Shown piece by piece: positions 52,567-61,656 of a stretch of 64,000 nt of DNA. The stretch is from the NCBI GenBank assembly GCA_947085505.1, contig CAMTWI010000002.1, positions 8,681 to 72,680 on the forward strand, in the 5' to 3' direction. The stretch's first letter is position 1. Each line of letters starts with the position of its first letter. The DNA comes from an uncultured bacterium. GTDB taxonomy: Bacteria > Patescibacteriota > Minisyncoccia > Phycocordibacterales > Phycocordibacteraceae. Made by a program: the position numbers and the translations under genes. The notes beneath the pieces are model-generated. The model was not told the origin of the DNA. It was given only the letters and a program-made list of their open reading frames with translations, and did not search any database.

Positions 52567-52572
52567 ATAGTA
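52567..52572 (-). promoter_or_regulatory. -10-like hexamer TACTAT, 6 nt upstream of the ATG at 52560
   Basis: Minus strand reads TACTAT gcacgc ATG. Confidence 0.35.
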
Positions 52573-52597
52573 CTCTTCTCCATAATTTGTGTCAGCA

Positions 52598-53116
52598 TTA
52601 GGGAAGCTCCGAAAGCACCCCTATAACCGGCCACCTCCCATCCCCCTCTTCCCCATCCCGCCGCATCTCAAACAGCTGCAAAGACGGACACCGTGCCCCA
52701 AGTATCTCAAGCTCCACCGGAGAATCGTCGACCAGCACCGCATCGTTATGAAGGTGCGTATGAGGAGCTAGAAACTCTCCTTTGCGGACCTCCCCCGTAT
52801 ACATAACCGACATTCTCGGAATACCCTGCAACGCACTCTTCACCTTTATCTCCTGAAACTCCTTATTCCCAAAGGTAATGATAGTTACGGCATTCTCTTT
52901 CTCACGCAGGAAGCTTGCGGCATCAGGATACAGAAACCGCGAGAGCTCACCTGGTTCGAACGTCAACGACCCGTCCTTAGCGAGATCGTTAATCGCTCGA
53001 TAAAACTCAACAAGCGGTAGCTCGTTTATGGCTTGCCCTTCGAAGCGCTCTCGCAGGTACGGCGTAAACGTATCGGTATCAAACAACGTCCTATCGAAAT
53101 CAAGATAGTACCTCAT
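52598..53116 (-). CDS. HAD-superfamily hydrolase-like protein
   Basis: The N-terminal YLDFDRTLFDT fits HAD motif I (DxDxT). 172 aa. Confidence 0.5.
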   Translation of the reverse strand: MRYYLDFDRTLFDTDTFTPYLRERFEGQAINELPLVEFYRAINDLAKDGSLTFEPGELSRFLYPDAASFLREKENAVTIITFGNKEFQEIKVKSALQGIPRMSVMYTGEVRKGEFLAPHTHLHNDAVLVDDSPVELEILGARCPSLQLFEMRRDGEEGDGRWPVIGVLSELP

Positions 53117-54081
53117 ACAAATAGTGTTGCTATGGCTGCCGCAAGCTTAGCTGGATCGTGACGTACTAGCGATCGAGGGAGCGGGTCGCCCGGTATCGCG
53201 GGTACCGCGTACACCGATACGAGCGGCAATCTGCGCACGCGGGCATCGGACGAAAGATAGTCATCCTTGGGTGGATACTCTCCCTCTTCCGCATACTTTT
53301 GAAGCACATCCTTGGTAAGGTCGCCTTGGTTTATAAAAATAATATCCGGTTCCCTACCGGCATACCGTGCGATTTCCTCTACATGCTCCCGCACCGTATA
53401 GTCTTCAGTCTGACCCATCTTAGTAAAAAGGTTCGAGACATACACCAACCGCGCTTTCGACCCCGCAATGGTCTCCTTTATTCCTTCAGGAAGGAGCGCT
53501 GCGATACTCGACGTGTAGAGATCGCCCGGTCCTATAACGATGAGATCCGCATTCTCTAACGCACTACGCGCTCCCGGCGACATAGGAACAGGATTCTCAA
53601 AGGAAAGCGACGCAATGCGCGAGCGCCCTCCTATGCGCTCATCTATCGCACGCTCGTTTCGCACCGTAACACCGTCTGCGAGCCTTGCAACAAGCGTACT
53701 TGGTGTCTCGGTAGCTGGGATAACGGTTCCGCTCACCCTAAGAATACGTGAGGCTTCTTCAAGTGCTGCCGCATCAGACCCAAGAAGATCGGTAAGCGCA
53801 GTAAGAAAGAGGTTGCCAAGGTTATGCCCCGCAACCGCACCCTTCTCGAACCGATACGCAAAAAGGTCTCGAAGTACGTTCCCGTCCTCAGCTAACGCAA
53901 CCAGGGCCTGGCGTGCATCTCCTGCCGGCAGAAACCCATAGGCGTCCCTCAAATGCCCCGTTGAGCCCCCATCGTCAGCTGAGGTAACTATGGCAGAAAG
54001 AGAGACGTCCGGTAGCCTCCGAAGGCCCGTGAGGACAACGAACGTACCCGTCCCTCCACCAATAGTAACTATGTTCGTCAT
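53113..54081 (-). CDS. YvcK/CofD-family (UPF0052, gluconeogenesis factor-like) protein
   Basis: The N-terminus IVTIGGGTGTFVVLTGL and the size of 322 aa. Confidence 0.7.
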   Translation of the reverse strand: MTNIVTIGGGTGTFVVLTGLRRLPDVSLSAIVTSADDGGSTGHLRDAYGFLPAGDARQALVALAEDGNVLRDLFAYRFEKGAVAGHNLGNLFLTALTDLLGSDAAALEEASRILRVSGTVIPATETPSTLVARLADGVTVRNERAIDERIGGRSRIASLSFENPVPMSPGARSALENADLIVIGPGDLYTSSIAALLPEGIKETIAGSKARLVYVSNLFTKMGQTEDYTVREHVEEIARYAGREPDIIFINQGDLTKDVLQKYAEEGEYPPKDDYLSSDARVRRLPLVSVYAVPAIPGDPLPRSLVRHDPAKLAAAIATLFV

Positions 54082-54087
54082 ACACCG

Positions 54088-54093
54088 ATATTA
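54088..54093 (-). promoter_or_regulatory. -10-like hexamer TAATAT, 6 nt upstream of the ATG at 54081
   Basis: Minus strand reads TAATAT cggtgt ATG. The hexamer overlaps the upstream stop codon. Confidence 0.3.
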
Positions 54094-55227
54094 CTTGGAA
54101 GGTGCGGTATTGTCGCCAGGCTGAATAAAGGCCGCTATGCGCTCCGCTATATCCCCCGCTGCCTGAATATGCCGCTTGGCTGCAGCCTCAGCGTTCATCG
54201 CAAGAAGTTGTCTTGCCTGCCCATCCTCGGTTAGTCCCATAATATGAACTGAAATCGCTGCAGGGTCTCCCGGCGGCATGGCAAGCACGTCATCGTATCC
54301 CTTGAACACTTCCCCAACAATTCCTACGTCAGTTGTAATAATTGGTATACGCGCAAGTGCCGCCTGCAGAAGCCGGCGACCATACCCTTCATACGCACTT
54401 GCCTGAACAAACACATGGGCACTGCGCATGAGGCCCCACGTATCGCGCCGGTCTCCAAGAAATATCACTCGATCCTTCAGCTTCAGCCGTTTTGCATGCC
54501 GCTCAAGCGACTCGCGCTCAGGACCGTCCCCAACCACAAACAGTCCGGTGCCAGGATACCGATCTTTTATACGCGCGAGCGCATCGAGAACGTCAACAAC
54601 TCGTCGCGACGCATCGAGCCTTCCTGCAACCATAAGCCGGAAGGTGAACGGGTGCGGCGGGAACTCAACCGCCTCTGGTATGTGCGCTATAGCAACAGGA
54701 ATAACAACAGGCTCTGGTATCTGGTCTCCATACTTTTTCAGAAGCGACTCCTTCACGCGCTCAGACATAACCCGAATGCCCGTAGCTTCTGGAAGAACCT
54801 TGTCCGCAATCCTGAGTCGTTTCCGGTTCACCCGCGGAACACGTACCTGTGTAGAACGAAACATCCCCGTCATTGAATACCAGGGCGACAAGAAATCAGT
54901 ATCGACATTCACATATAGCGGCAACTTTTCTTTCTTAGCAACCCTCGCACCGAGGGTACCGCGCTCAAACGCATCTTGTGTCCACACCGCATCAATACCA
55001 TGTTCTGCAACAAGAGTATGTGCCTTCGCTAAAAGCGAGGGCTTGAGGAAACCCTCTGTGTTAACGGTATGAATACGCAGACTGCCCTCGTCCCGATCCT
55101 CTGATACGGGAGCCCCAAGGAGAACATGTAGTTCGCCAATAGCGAGTGCATTGTCCCGAACATTCTTGTGTCCAGAACTCCCTTGATCGAGTATGGAAAT
55201 GTCACTTGAAATCAGGAGTACTTTCAT
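54091..55227 (-). CDS. glycosyltransferase (GT-B, family 1/4-like)
   Basis: C-terminal FVQASAYEGYGRRLLQAALARIPIITTDVG. Confidence 0.7.
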   Translation of the reverse strand: MKVLLISSDISILDQGSSGHKNVRDNALAIGELHVLLGAPVSEDRDEGSLRIHTVNTEGFLKPSLLAKAHTLVAEHGIDAVWTQDAFERGTLGARVAKKEKLPLYVNVDTDFLSPWYSMTGMFRSTQVRVPRVNRKRLRIADKVLPEATGIRVMSERVKESLLKKYGDQIPEPVVIPVAIAHIPEAVEFPPHPFTFRLMVAGRLDASRRVVDVLDALARIKDRYPGTGLFVVGDGPERESLERHAKRLKLKDRVIFLGDRRDTWGLMRSAHVFVQASAYEGYGRRLLQAALARIPIITTDVGIVGEVFKGYDDVLAMPPGDPAAISVHIMGLTEDGQARQLLAMNAEAAAKRHIQAAGDIAERIAAFIQPGDNTAPSK

Positions 55228-56522
55228 AAGGAAGCGAGACGCAAGAAGGGCGCAAACAGCGCCTGAAACGCAGAACGCGTCCCTGCCCTGACAGGTTCAA
55301 CTGTCTGGGCAGGGACTACTATCGTTGGAGCATGGATGGGAACTTCCTTACGAACTGGTATCTCGACCGCTCTCAATATAGTAGAACCAGTACCCGGCTC
55401 CACAGGTAGCAGCGTTGGTGTCGATATTGCCGGAGGATACACAAAAGCCACTTCCCCACTCGGATAGCGAAGCTCCATGGAGAGCGTACTTGTTGAAAGA
55501 CCTGTTACCTCAGGCGGAAATATAACGGTACGTCCTGGAAGAATCTGGGTATCCTCAGGAATCTTAAACCGCTCCCTTCCTGAAACTAACTGGTACCGAG
55601 AAAGATCAAGAATTCTTGTGTCGCTATTCTTAAGCGTAACGCCTTTCTCTGAGAGATGAGTGATGCTGATATCAGCGGGATCCGCGATAACAACGAACGA
55701 GGCAGTGCCGTGACTGTAGCTCTCCTGCGCCCGCACCACGACAAGATACTCTCCCGGCTCACGATACACATGCTCAACATCGGTTCCTATATGCCGTCCA
55801 CCATCCCCGAACGCCCACGTGACATACGGATACTTCACATGGCGACCCGTGCTGTCGTACACAATTGGCTGATACTTCGTATGAGTTTTCGTCGACACAA
55901 TACGATCGCCACCAGTCTCTATATAGAGTGTGGGGACGGGGTTCCCGATAACCTTCTTTGTGCTAGGCGTACTCCCCGAAGAGGTCGTACTCGGCGTTAT
56001 AACAGACTCCGTCGCATTCACTGCACGTGGCGTTGCCACGGCCGTAACCCACGACGAGCCATTTCTTTGCGCCGTATACTTGAGTGCACTATCGCCCCCT
56101 ACAACACCTTCCCATCCTCCAGACGCATCAATACGATCCACTTCAGTGGTGCCGTCCATAAGCACGAGTATCTCGCCTGCGTTTGAAAGGCCTCCTCCAA
56201 ACGAGCGAGCGAGATCGGCATCAATACCAGGAACCGGATCAGGACACGCTGTTGGTGTTGAGCGCTCGATAAGATAGAAACCACCCGCATCAATGGAACC
56301 CGAAAGCGTCACCGTCATACCGCCGTCAAGAGTCTTTAAGGTCCAGCCAGACAAAGATACTGATTCAAGACCATCATTTGCAAGCTCTACCCATTCGCAA
56401 AAACTTCCGTTATCAACAGAAGTTCCCATCCAGGCAATCTCGTTTATCACCACCGCAGCACTGGTTGTCATTGGGGCGAATGCTCCAGCAACAACGAGCC
56501 CCATGGCGAGAATTTTATACAT
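55224..56522 (-). CDS. secreted lamin-tail-domain (LTD) protein with PKD-like domain
   Basis: Start trimmed to the ATG at 56522 (MYKILAMGLVVAGAFAPMTTSAA, a signal peptide). VVINEIAWMG...CEWVELANDG...LSGWTL is LTD. WAFGDGG...HVYREPGEYLVVV is PKD-like. Confidence 0.7.
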   Translation of the reverse strand: MYKILAMGLVVAGAFAPMTTSAAVVINEIAWMGTSVDNGSFCEWVELANDGLESVSLSGWTLKTLDGGMTVTLSGSIDAGGFYLIERSTPTACPDPVPGIDADLARSFGGGLSNAGEILVLMDGTTEVDRIDASGGWEGVVGGDSALKYTAQRNGSSWVTAVATPRAVNATESVITPSTTSSGSTPSTKKVIGNPVPTLYIETGGDRIVSTKTHTKYQPIVYDSTGRHVKYPYVTWAFGDGGRHIGTDVEHVYREPGEYLVVVRAQESYSHGTASFVVIADPADISITHLSEKGVTLKNSDTRILDLSRYQLVSGRERFKIPEDTQILPGRTVIFPPEVTGLSTSTLSMELRYPSGEVAFVYPPAISTPTLLPVEPGTGSTILRAVEIPVRKEVPIHAPTIVVPAQTVEPVRAGTRSAFQALFAPFLRLASL

Positions 56523-58212
56523 CTTTAAATAGAGACCGGAGTGTCTCCTCTGGTACCTCAAACACGGGCTTCGGTTCTTTGGGTGCAGACTTTGGAGGAG
56601 GTGGCGCTTCTGGCTTCGGCACAGTCCCAATAGTTGAACGGAGCGCGTCCTTGAGTGACTCTTGCTTCCCTCCCTGCTTCTTCTGCTTGTCCTTCTCGAC
56701 GTTTGCAACGGTTGCTCGCAGAATCGCTTTCAAATCGTCTGCAGTCTTTGCAGCTGCCGGAGGCGCTGGGCGCTCGGTACGCTCCGGTCTTGATGTAGCT
56801 CGCACTTCCTGACGCGAATCTCGAGATAGAGGACGCTCTTCTCTACGCGGCGCGGACATGCCCGGCTTCTTGTTTGATGGACCTGCTGACGCTGCCTTGT
56901 GATTTTGCGCTGCTTCTTCCGCTGCCTGAGAGAGCTCCGTAAGAATAGCGTTCTCAATACCGGCACGCTTAGTTGCGAACTGCTGGCGAGAATTCTCAAG
57001 CACCTCCTGGCGATAGGAACGCGGGGGTGGCTCGATACCCGGAATTGTAACCGCAGAGAATGGCTGGGAACCCACACCGTCAATCATGAGAGACAGATAG
57101 ATCTGTGTGAACCCAAGATTAACTAAATCCTCCTGCAGGAACTTCGGCATGAATACTTTCTCAAGAAGCTCCGCATCAAGCGGTCCCACACGGAAGGACA
57201 CCGTACTGCCCACGTTGCCAAACACGGCAGCCTGCACCTCTTCTTCCATCTGCGCCACGTACTGATGCGCGATAATAAGGCTCAACTGATACTTGCGAGC
57301 TTCAGAGAGAATTTCTGAGAAGCTCTCGTTCGCGAAGTTCTGGAACTCATCGACATAGAAGTAGAAGCTCGGTACTTTCGCGAGCTCATGCGAAGGCAAA
57401 TCTGCACGACTCATGGCACCGAGGAAAATGCGGGTCGTTAACATGGAACCCAAAAGCTGCATGTTCGTGTCGCCAACAAGTCCCTTTGAAAGGTTCACAA
57501 GAAGAATCTTCTTGCTATCCATGAGATCGCGGATATCAAACGACGAATGCGGCTGCCCGATGATGTTTCGGATGAGCGGATTACTCGTAAACTGGCCGAT
57601 CTTGTTCTGAATGGCAGGCGTCGCTTCCTGTGTGTAGCGATCACCGTAGTTCGCGAACTCACTTATCCAGAAATCCTTAACAACCGGGTCCTTAATGTTC
57701 TCCACCACCTTCTTGCGATAATTCTTATCTGTATACATTCGGTTCACACCAAGCAGAGTTGCGCCAGGGTACTCCAGAAGCGCGAGCAAGGTGTTCGTAA
57801 GGATGTACTCCATACGAGCGGACCACGCATCCACCCAAATCTTCTTGAAAGTGGCCATGAGGCCCGACACCACAAGGTGACGCTTGTCGTATCCCACGTC
57901 CTCCATCACGTTAAACGCAATCGGGTTATCAAGATCGAACGGTGCAAAATAAACCACATCCTTCACCCGATCGGCTGGTATGAAATCAAGCAGCTTATCA
58001 ACCGCACTGCCGTGCGGATCAATAAAGGCCATGCCTTCCCCATTCCGGATATCTTGAATGGCCATGTTCTCAAGCATCGTTGACTTACCCATGCCAGTCT
58101 TCCCAATGACATACATGTGCTTCGAACGATCCTTTGCCTTTATCCCAAACGGTACGCGCTTGCCGCGCGCATCCGTCGCGGCAAAATACGTGACGCGGTC
58201 CGGATTCTCCAT
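56515..58212 (-). CDS. TraD/TraG/VirD4-like (type IV secretion coupling protein family) P-loop ATPase with disordered basic C-terminus
   Basis: Walker A is GKTGMGKST and Walker B-like is FYFYVDEFQNF. It also has IDPHG and no TM segment. The last roughly 150 aa are K/P/A/E-rich. Confidence 0.55.
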   Translation of the reverse strand: MENPDRVTYFAATDARGKRVPFGIKAKDRSKHMYVIGKTGMGKSTMLENMAIQDIRNGEGMAFIDPHGSAVDKLLDFIPADRVKDVVYFAPFDLDNPIAFNVMEDVGYDKRHLVVSGLMATFKKIWVDAWSARMEYILTNTLLALLEYPGATLLGVNRMYTDKNYRKKVVENIKDPVVKDFWISEFANYGDRYTQEATPAIQNKIGQFTSNPLIRNIIGQPHSSFDIRDLMDSKKILLVNLSKGLVGDTNMQLLGSMLTTRIFLGAMSRADLPSHELAKVPSFYFYVDEFQNFANESFSEILSEARKYQLSLIIAHQYVAQMEEEVQAAVFGNVGSTVSFRVGPLDAELLEKVFMPKFLQEDLVNLGFTQIYLSLMIDGVGSQPFSAVTIPGIEPPPRSYRQEVLENSRQQFATKRAGIENAILTELSQAAEEAAQNHKAASAGPSNKKPGMSAPRREERPLSRDSRQEVRATSRPERTERPAPPAAAKTADDLKAILRATVANVEKDKQKKQGGKQESLKDALRSTIGTVPKPEAPPPPKSAPKEPKPVFEVPEETLRSLFKDV

Positions 58213-58218
58213 ACAGGA

Positions 58219-58224
58219 AGTATA
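58219..58224 (-). promoter_or_regulatory. -10-like hexamer TATACT, 6 nt upstream of the ATG at 58212
   Basis: Minus strand reads TATACT tcctgt ATG. Confidence 0.4.
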
Positions 58225-58230
58225 CCGCGC

Positions 58231-59622
58231 CTAGATCAGGCAGCGCTGGTCCACAGGGTCGAATATGGAACGTTCTGGTGTCTCTCCTGAAAGGATGCGC
58301 GCAATGCGCTTGGCACCATAGATAGACGGCAAGATACCCACGCCGTTGCAGCCGAGGTTGTAGAGCAACACGGGATTGCACGGCTCAGCACCAATGCGAC
58401 GCAATCCTCCCGGGGTATACCCCATAAGCCCGTGCCAGCAGAATGCGTATTCTGCGTCTGGTCCCGGGTGATGGTGATACGTAGTTCGAAGAAACTCGTC
58501 CAAGGACTCACGCACGTCCTCGCGACAGTGTTCCTCGCGGGTGTAGTGTGCCTGGTTGGGCAGCACCTGCTCAGGACCTCCAGCACACACCAAATTCTTC
58601 GCGACCCCCTCGTCTTCTCCATGCGGCCGGCGCGTCAAATAGAAATACGTCTCCCCTGTTGGATCCCCGGTCTCAGGTATACCCTTTGGGAAGTAGCTTA
58701 TGGCCGTAGGTGCTGCGTTCAGCGATTCAAGATATCCCGCCATATAGCCAATGCGTCCTTGCACGAGGTGATGGAACTTCGTGTCAATATCACTTCCCGA
58801 CTCATTCTCAATATGGAACTGCTCGAACCCGTTTGTACACAGAACAACACGCAGGGCTTCAACAGTGTGCTCCTGCTTGGTCAGAAGAAGTGCACGATCT
58901 TCTGAGAGCGTCACCTTCGTAACCATGGTCTCTTCAAAAAGACTGAAGCGCCCTGGGTACGAAGCCATGAGATATCCCACGAGCTCCTCCGTGAAGACTG
59001 CGCTGTTCATGCAGCCCTTCTGACTTGCGATACAGGCCAGGTACCGACGATCATCCGTCTCAAGAAGCGCAAGTAGATCGTCTTGCGGCACTATGGAGTA
59101 CAGATCTTTATAGAAAAGCGGGAGTGCCTCTTCCCAGTTAGATTCCTTCGCTATGAGGACGCTTTCTGGTGCCAGGCCCGCAGCCGCACGGTCCTTGTTC
59201 TCCTCAAGGTGTTCAACTAGTTGCTCGAACTCAGAACAGCCCGCATAGCCCGTAAATCGGTATACGGGGGTACGGAGTGCCGCATCAGCCATAATCTCGT
59301 CCAGGAGACCCCATGCAGACTCAATGGAGCGTTGTCCCGCACTCGCGAGCTCGAGACCAAACTCCTGCACAATAGACTCGAAGGGCCGCTCGAAGTACGA
59401 GGTAATCTGGCCAGCATTATGTCCGGTTGCGCCATGAGCGACCCGGTCCGCTTCAAGAATAACAACGCTACTCTCTGTGTTCTTGAGTGTGAAGTATGCC
59501 GTTACGGCACCTGCAATGCCACCACCCACAATAACCACGTCCGTGGCCATATCTTGGGCAAGTGGTATCGCGGGACGGGAACGGTTTAGCTGTGAGAGCC
59601 ACGGGGAACGGTTTGGAATCAT
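58231..59622 (-). CDS. FAD-dependent oxidoreductase (DAO family-like)
   Basis: DVVIVGGGIAGAVTAYF dinucleotide-binding motif. Confidence 0.7.
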   Translation of the reverse strand: MIPNRSPWLSQLNRSRPAIPLAQDMATDVVIVGGGIAGAVTAYFTLKNTESSVVILEADRVAHGATGHNAGQITSYFERPFESIVQEFGLELASAGQRSIESAWGLLDEIMADAALRTPVYRFTGYAGCSEFEQLVEHLEENKDRAAAGLAPESVLIAKESNWEEALPLFYKDLYSIVPQDDLLALLETDDRRYLACIASQKGCMNSAVFTEELVGYLMASYPGRFSLFEETMVTKVTLSEDRALLLTKQEHTVEALRVVLCTNGFEQFHIENESGSDIDTKFHHLVQGRIGYMAGYLESLNAAPTAISYFPKGIPETGDPTGETYFYLTRRPHGEDEGVAKNLVCAGGPEQVLPNQAHYTREEHCREDVRESLDEFLRTTYHHHPGPDAEYAFCWHGLMGYTPGGLRRIGAEPCNPVLLYNLGCNGVGILPSIYGAKRIARILSGETPERSIFDPVDQRCLI

Positions 59623-59624
59623 AG

Positions 59625-60707
59625 TTACTGATACTGAATAAACATTGGCTGAGGCGTGAGCTTCAAGAGGTCGCCCGGGGTAAGTAATCGCTCAGAGGGA
59701 GGCTTCAGATCATTCTTATAGAAGATCTTGAATCCCGTGAACTGTACCGGCTCTGGTGCAACGAATTGTCGATAGGTCCCGAGCTTTAAGGTCGGCGGAC
59801 CCCACCCGTCCATATCCATGACAATCTGCACCTCAGGGAGTGGGCGTATGTTCTGATAGTTCGTCACCATCTTCTGCGTGAAGCGATGCACGATGAGCAC
59901 TTTCGGTGGCAAGTCATGCTTCTGTACCAGCTCCGCCATGTACTCAGCCGCATAGTTAATGTCACGTGCATCAAACGAACCGATAACATCTCCGGGTACG
60001 TCGCCATTTGGCATATGGAACTCTGGGTCGAGTCCAAGGTGCACGTTCGGCATAGAGAGGTACTTCTCAAGGAGCGGTAGCTCGTACTCAAGCGTTGAGT
60101 GACCAATCTGAATATCGAGAATAACAATGCCGTCAATCTTCTTGGCAATCTCAACTGCCTTGTCTATCTCAGTGTCCGGCATACGGAGCATGTACCGGTT
60201 CTCCCTTCCCGGTAACGACTGTGCCGTTATCGCGATGTAGTTTATAGCCGGAACGGTTGGCGTTTCCGGGTCCGCCGTCTCCCACTTCTTTTGTTCGCTG
60301 GCTAACATCTGGAGCATCTGAGCTTCCGGGTATTCGCCAAGAACACCCATACGGGTTGAGTAGAAGTTCCCGTAATACGCAATGATGCGATTAAACGGGA
60401 GGAGTGCACCAGCCTTAGGGTACGGTGTTCCCTTCGCAGGCCAGATGCGCTCAGTAGTAGTGGAGGTCGTTGACGCGTAGTTCGCCATCGACAGCATCTT
60501 TGCGTTATACGCCGCAGTATCAAAGACCGGCTTCTCTGGCTCTTTTTTAAAAAGCGTATCGAGTGTTGAGGTACTCGTCTCGCTACCGCGATCGAATCGT
60601 GTTGCGGCTGCGTGCGGAATAACAAGAAGACCGAGAAGGAGTATGACAAGACCGAGCCCAATGATCAAAACGAGCGGATTACGAAGATGTGGAAAGAGAT
60701 GCTTCAT
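59625..60707 (-). CDS. membrane-anchored hypothetical protein (possible TIM-barrel glycoside-hydrolase-like fold)
   Basis: Start trimmed to the ATG at 60707 (MKHLFPHLRNPLVLIIGLGLVILLLGLLVI). No motif was recognised with confidence. Confidence 0.5.
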   Translation of the reverse strand: MKHLFPHLRNPLVLIIGLGLVILLLGLLVIPHAAATRFDRGSETSTSTLDTLFKKEPEKPVFDTAAYNAKMLSMANYASTTSTTTERIWPAKGTPYPKAGALLPFNRIIAYYGNFYSTRMGVLGEYPEAQMLQMLASEQKKWETADPETPTVPAINYIAITAQSLPGRENRYMLRMPDTEIDKAVEIAKKIDGIVILDIQIGHSTLEYELPLLEKYLSMPNVHLGLDPEFHMPNGDVPGDVIGSFDARDINYAAEYMAELVQKHDLPPKVLIVHRFTQKMVTNYQNIRPLPEVQIVMDMDGWGPPTLKLGTYRQFVAPEPVQFTGFKIFYKNDLKPPSERLLTPGDLLKLTPQPMFIQYQ

Positions 60708-60897
60708 GAGAAACGCGGGCAGCTGGCTTTCTGCGGTATGACACGCCAACCGCAACAACACCAAGACCAAAGAATGGCAGTATCCAGGTAAGGATACTCA
60801 TAGGAAGTCCTGAAAACGGCGCCAAGAGCGTGAGAGCGCCGAGCACAATGAGCATAAGACTTCGAGACATTGAGGACAGTATACCCTGCCCCTGCAT
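60679..60897 (-). CDS. small two-TM membrane protein (hypothetical)
   Basis: 72 aa with two hydrophobic helices. The ATG is 5 nt after the rsmI stop. It overlaps the next gene start by 29 nt. Confidence 0.35.
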   Translation of the reverse strand: MQGQGILSSMSRSLMLIVLGALTLLAPFSGLPMSILTWILPFFGLGVVAVGVSYRRKPAARVSHEASLSTSS

Positions 60898-60902
60898 GAG
60901 CG

Positions 60903-61589
60903 CTACGCGGGGGTGACAACAACGACAAACTCGCCCCGTACCTGGTCCTGCTTTTCTCTAAAATGGGCTGCAACCTCAGCAGCCGTACCTTCAACAAAGG
61001 ACTCGAACATCTTCGTGAGCTCGCGAAGCACAATAACCTTCCGATCCTCCTCAAGAACTTCTGTTAATGAGGCCAGCGCCTTCTCGATCCGGTGTGGAGA
61101 CTCGTAAAAGACCATGGTTCGCGTTGAGTCTGCGATTTCCTTGAACATGGTCTGTCTGCCCTTCTTATGCGGAAGGAATCCGAGGAAGGTGAATTCGTCG
61201 GTTGGTACACCGGCAATAGAGAGTGCGGCCGTTACCGCGGCAGGCCCTGGGATAACCTCAATACGAGCATCGTCTCGGAGCGTATTGCGAACCTCACACA
61301 CTAAGGCACTTCCGGGGTCTGAGATACCTGGAGTCCCCGCGTCTGTCACAAGCGCAATGTGCTTCCCTTCCGCAAGCATTTGTAGGATACGGGTCGATGC
61401 ATGGCGGCCGCTTTGTGCATGAAAGATAAGGAGAGGCTTCTGTATATCGTATCGCGCGAGGAGCTTGGCTGTTACGCGCGTATCCTCGCAGGCGATAGCG
61501 TCAGCCGCTTTCAAGGTATCGAGCGCACGGAGCGTGATATCGGCGAGATTGCCGATAGGGGTGGCGACAACGGAGAGAGTGCCCTGCAT
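60903..61589 (-). CDS. rsmI: 16S rRNA (cytidine1402-2'-O)-methyltransferase
   Basis: GTLSVVATPIGNLADITLRALDTLKAADAIACEDTR is the hallmark N-terminus. Start trimmed to the ATG at 61589. Confidence 0.9.
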   Translation of the reverse strand: MQGTLSVVATPIGNLADITLRALDTLKAADAIACEDTRVTAKLLARYDIQKPLLIFHAQSGRHASTRILQMLAEGKHIALVTDAGTPGISDPGSALVCEVRNTLRDDARIEVIPGPAAVTAALSIAGVPTDEFTFLGFLPHKKGRQTMFKEIADSTRTMVFYESPHRIEKALASLTEVLEEDRKVIVLRELTKMFESFVEGTAAEVAAHFREKQDQVRGEFVVVVTPA

Positions 61590-61595
61590 GGAAAG

Positions 61596-61601
61596 ACTGT
61601 A
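61596..61601 (-). promoter_or_regulatory. -10-like hexamer TACAGT, 6 nt upstream of the rsmI ATG
   Basis: Minus strand reads TACAGT ctttcc ATG, directly after a terminator hairpin. Confidence 0.35.
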
Positions 61602-61602
61602 C

Positions 61603-61646
61603 CAGAATAAAAGGAATCTGCCCGTCTGCATGGTGCAGGCGGGCAG
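61603..61646 (-). terminator. rho-independent terminator (13-bp stem) after the small ORF and murC
   Basis: The hairpin ctgcccgtctgca-tgg-tgcaggcgggcag (61618-61646) is followed on the minus strand by attccttttatt. Confidence 0.7.
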
Positions 61647-61656
61647 ACTGGGGCCC

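Noticed and set aside
104-61631. Longer N-terminal extensions offered by the ORF track at 104, 2408, 4566, 5485, 6063, 37286, 44974, 56708, 60770 and 61631.
   Set aside because: In each case an internal ATG gives the canonical family N-terminus, such as a prepilin signal, MAFVDE of Obg, GTLSVVATPIGN of RsmI, or a signal peptide. The extensions are Arg-rich or low-quality sequence that overlaps upstream genes or starts at GTG or TTG.
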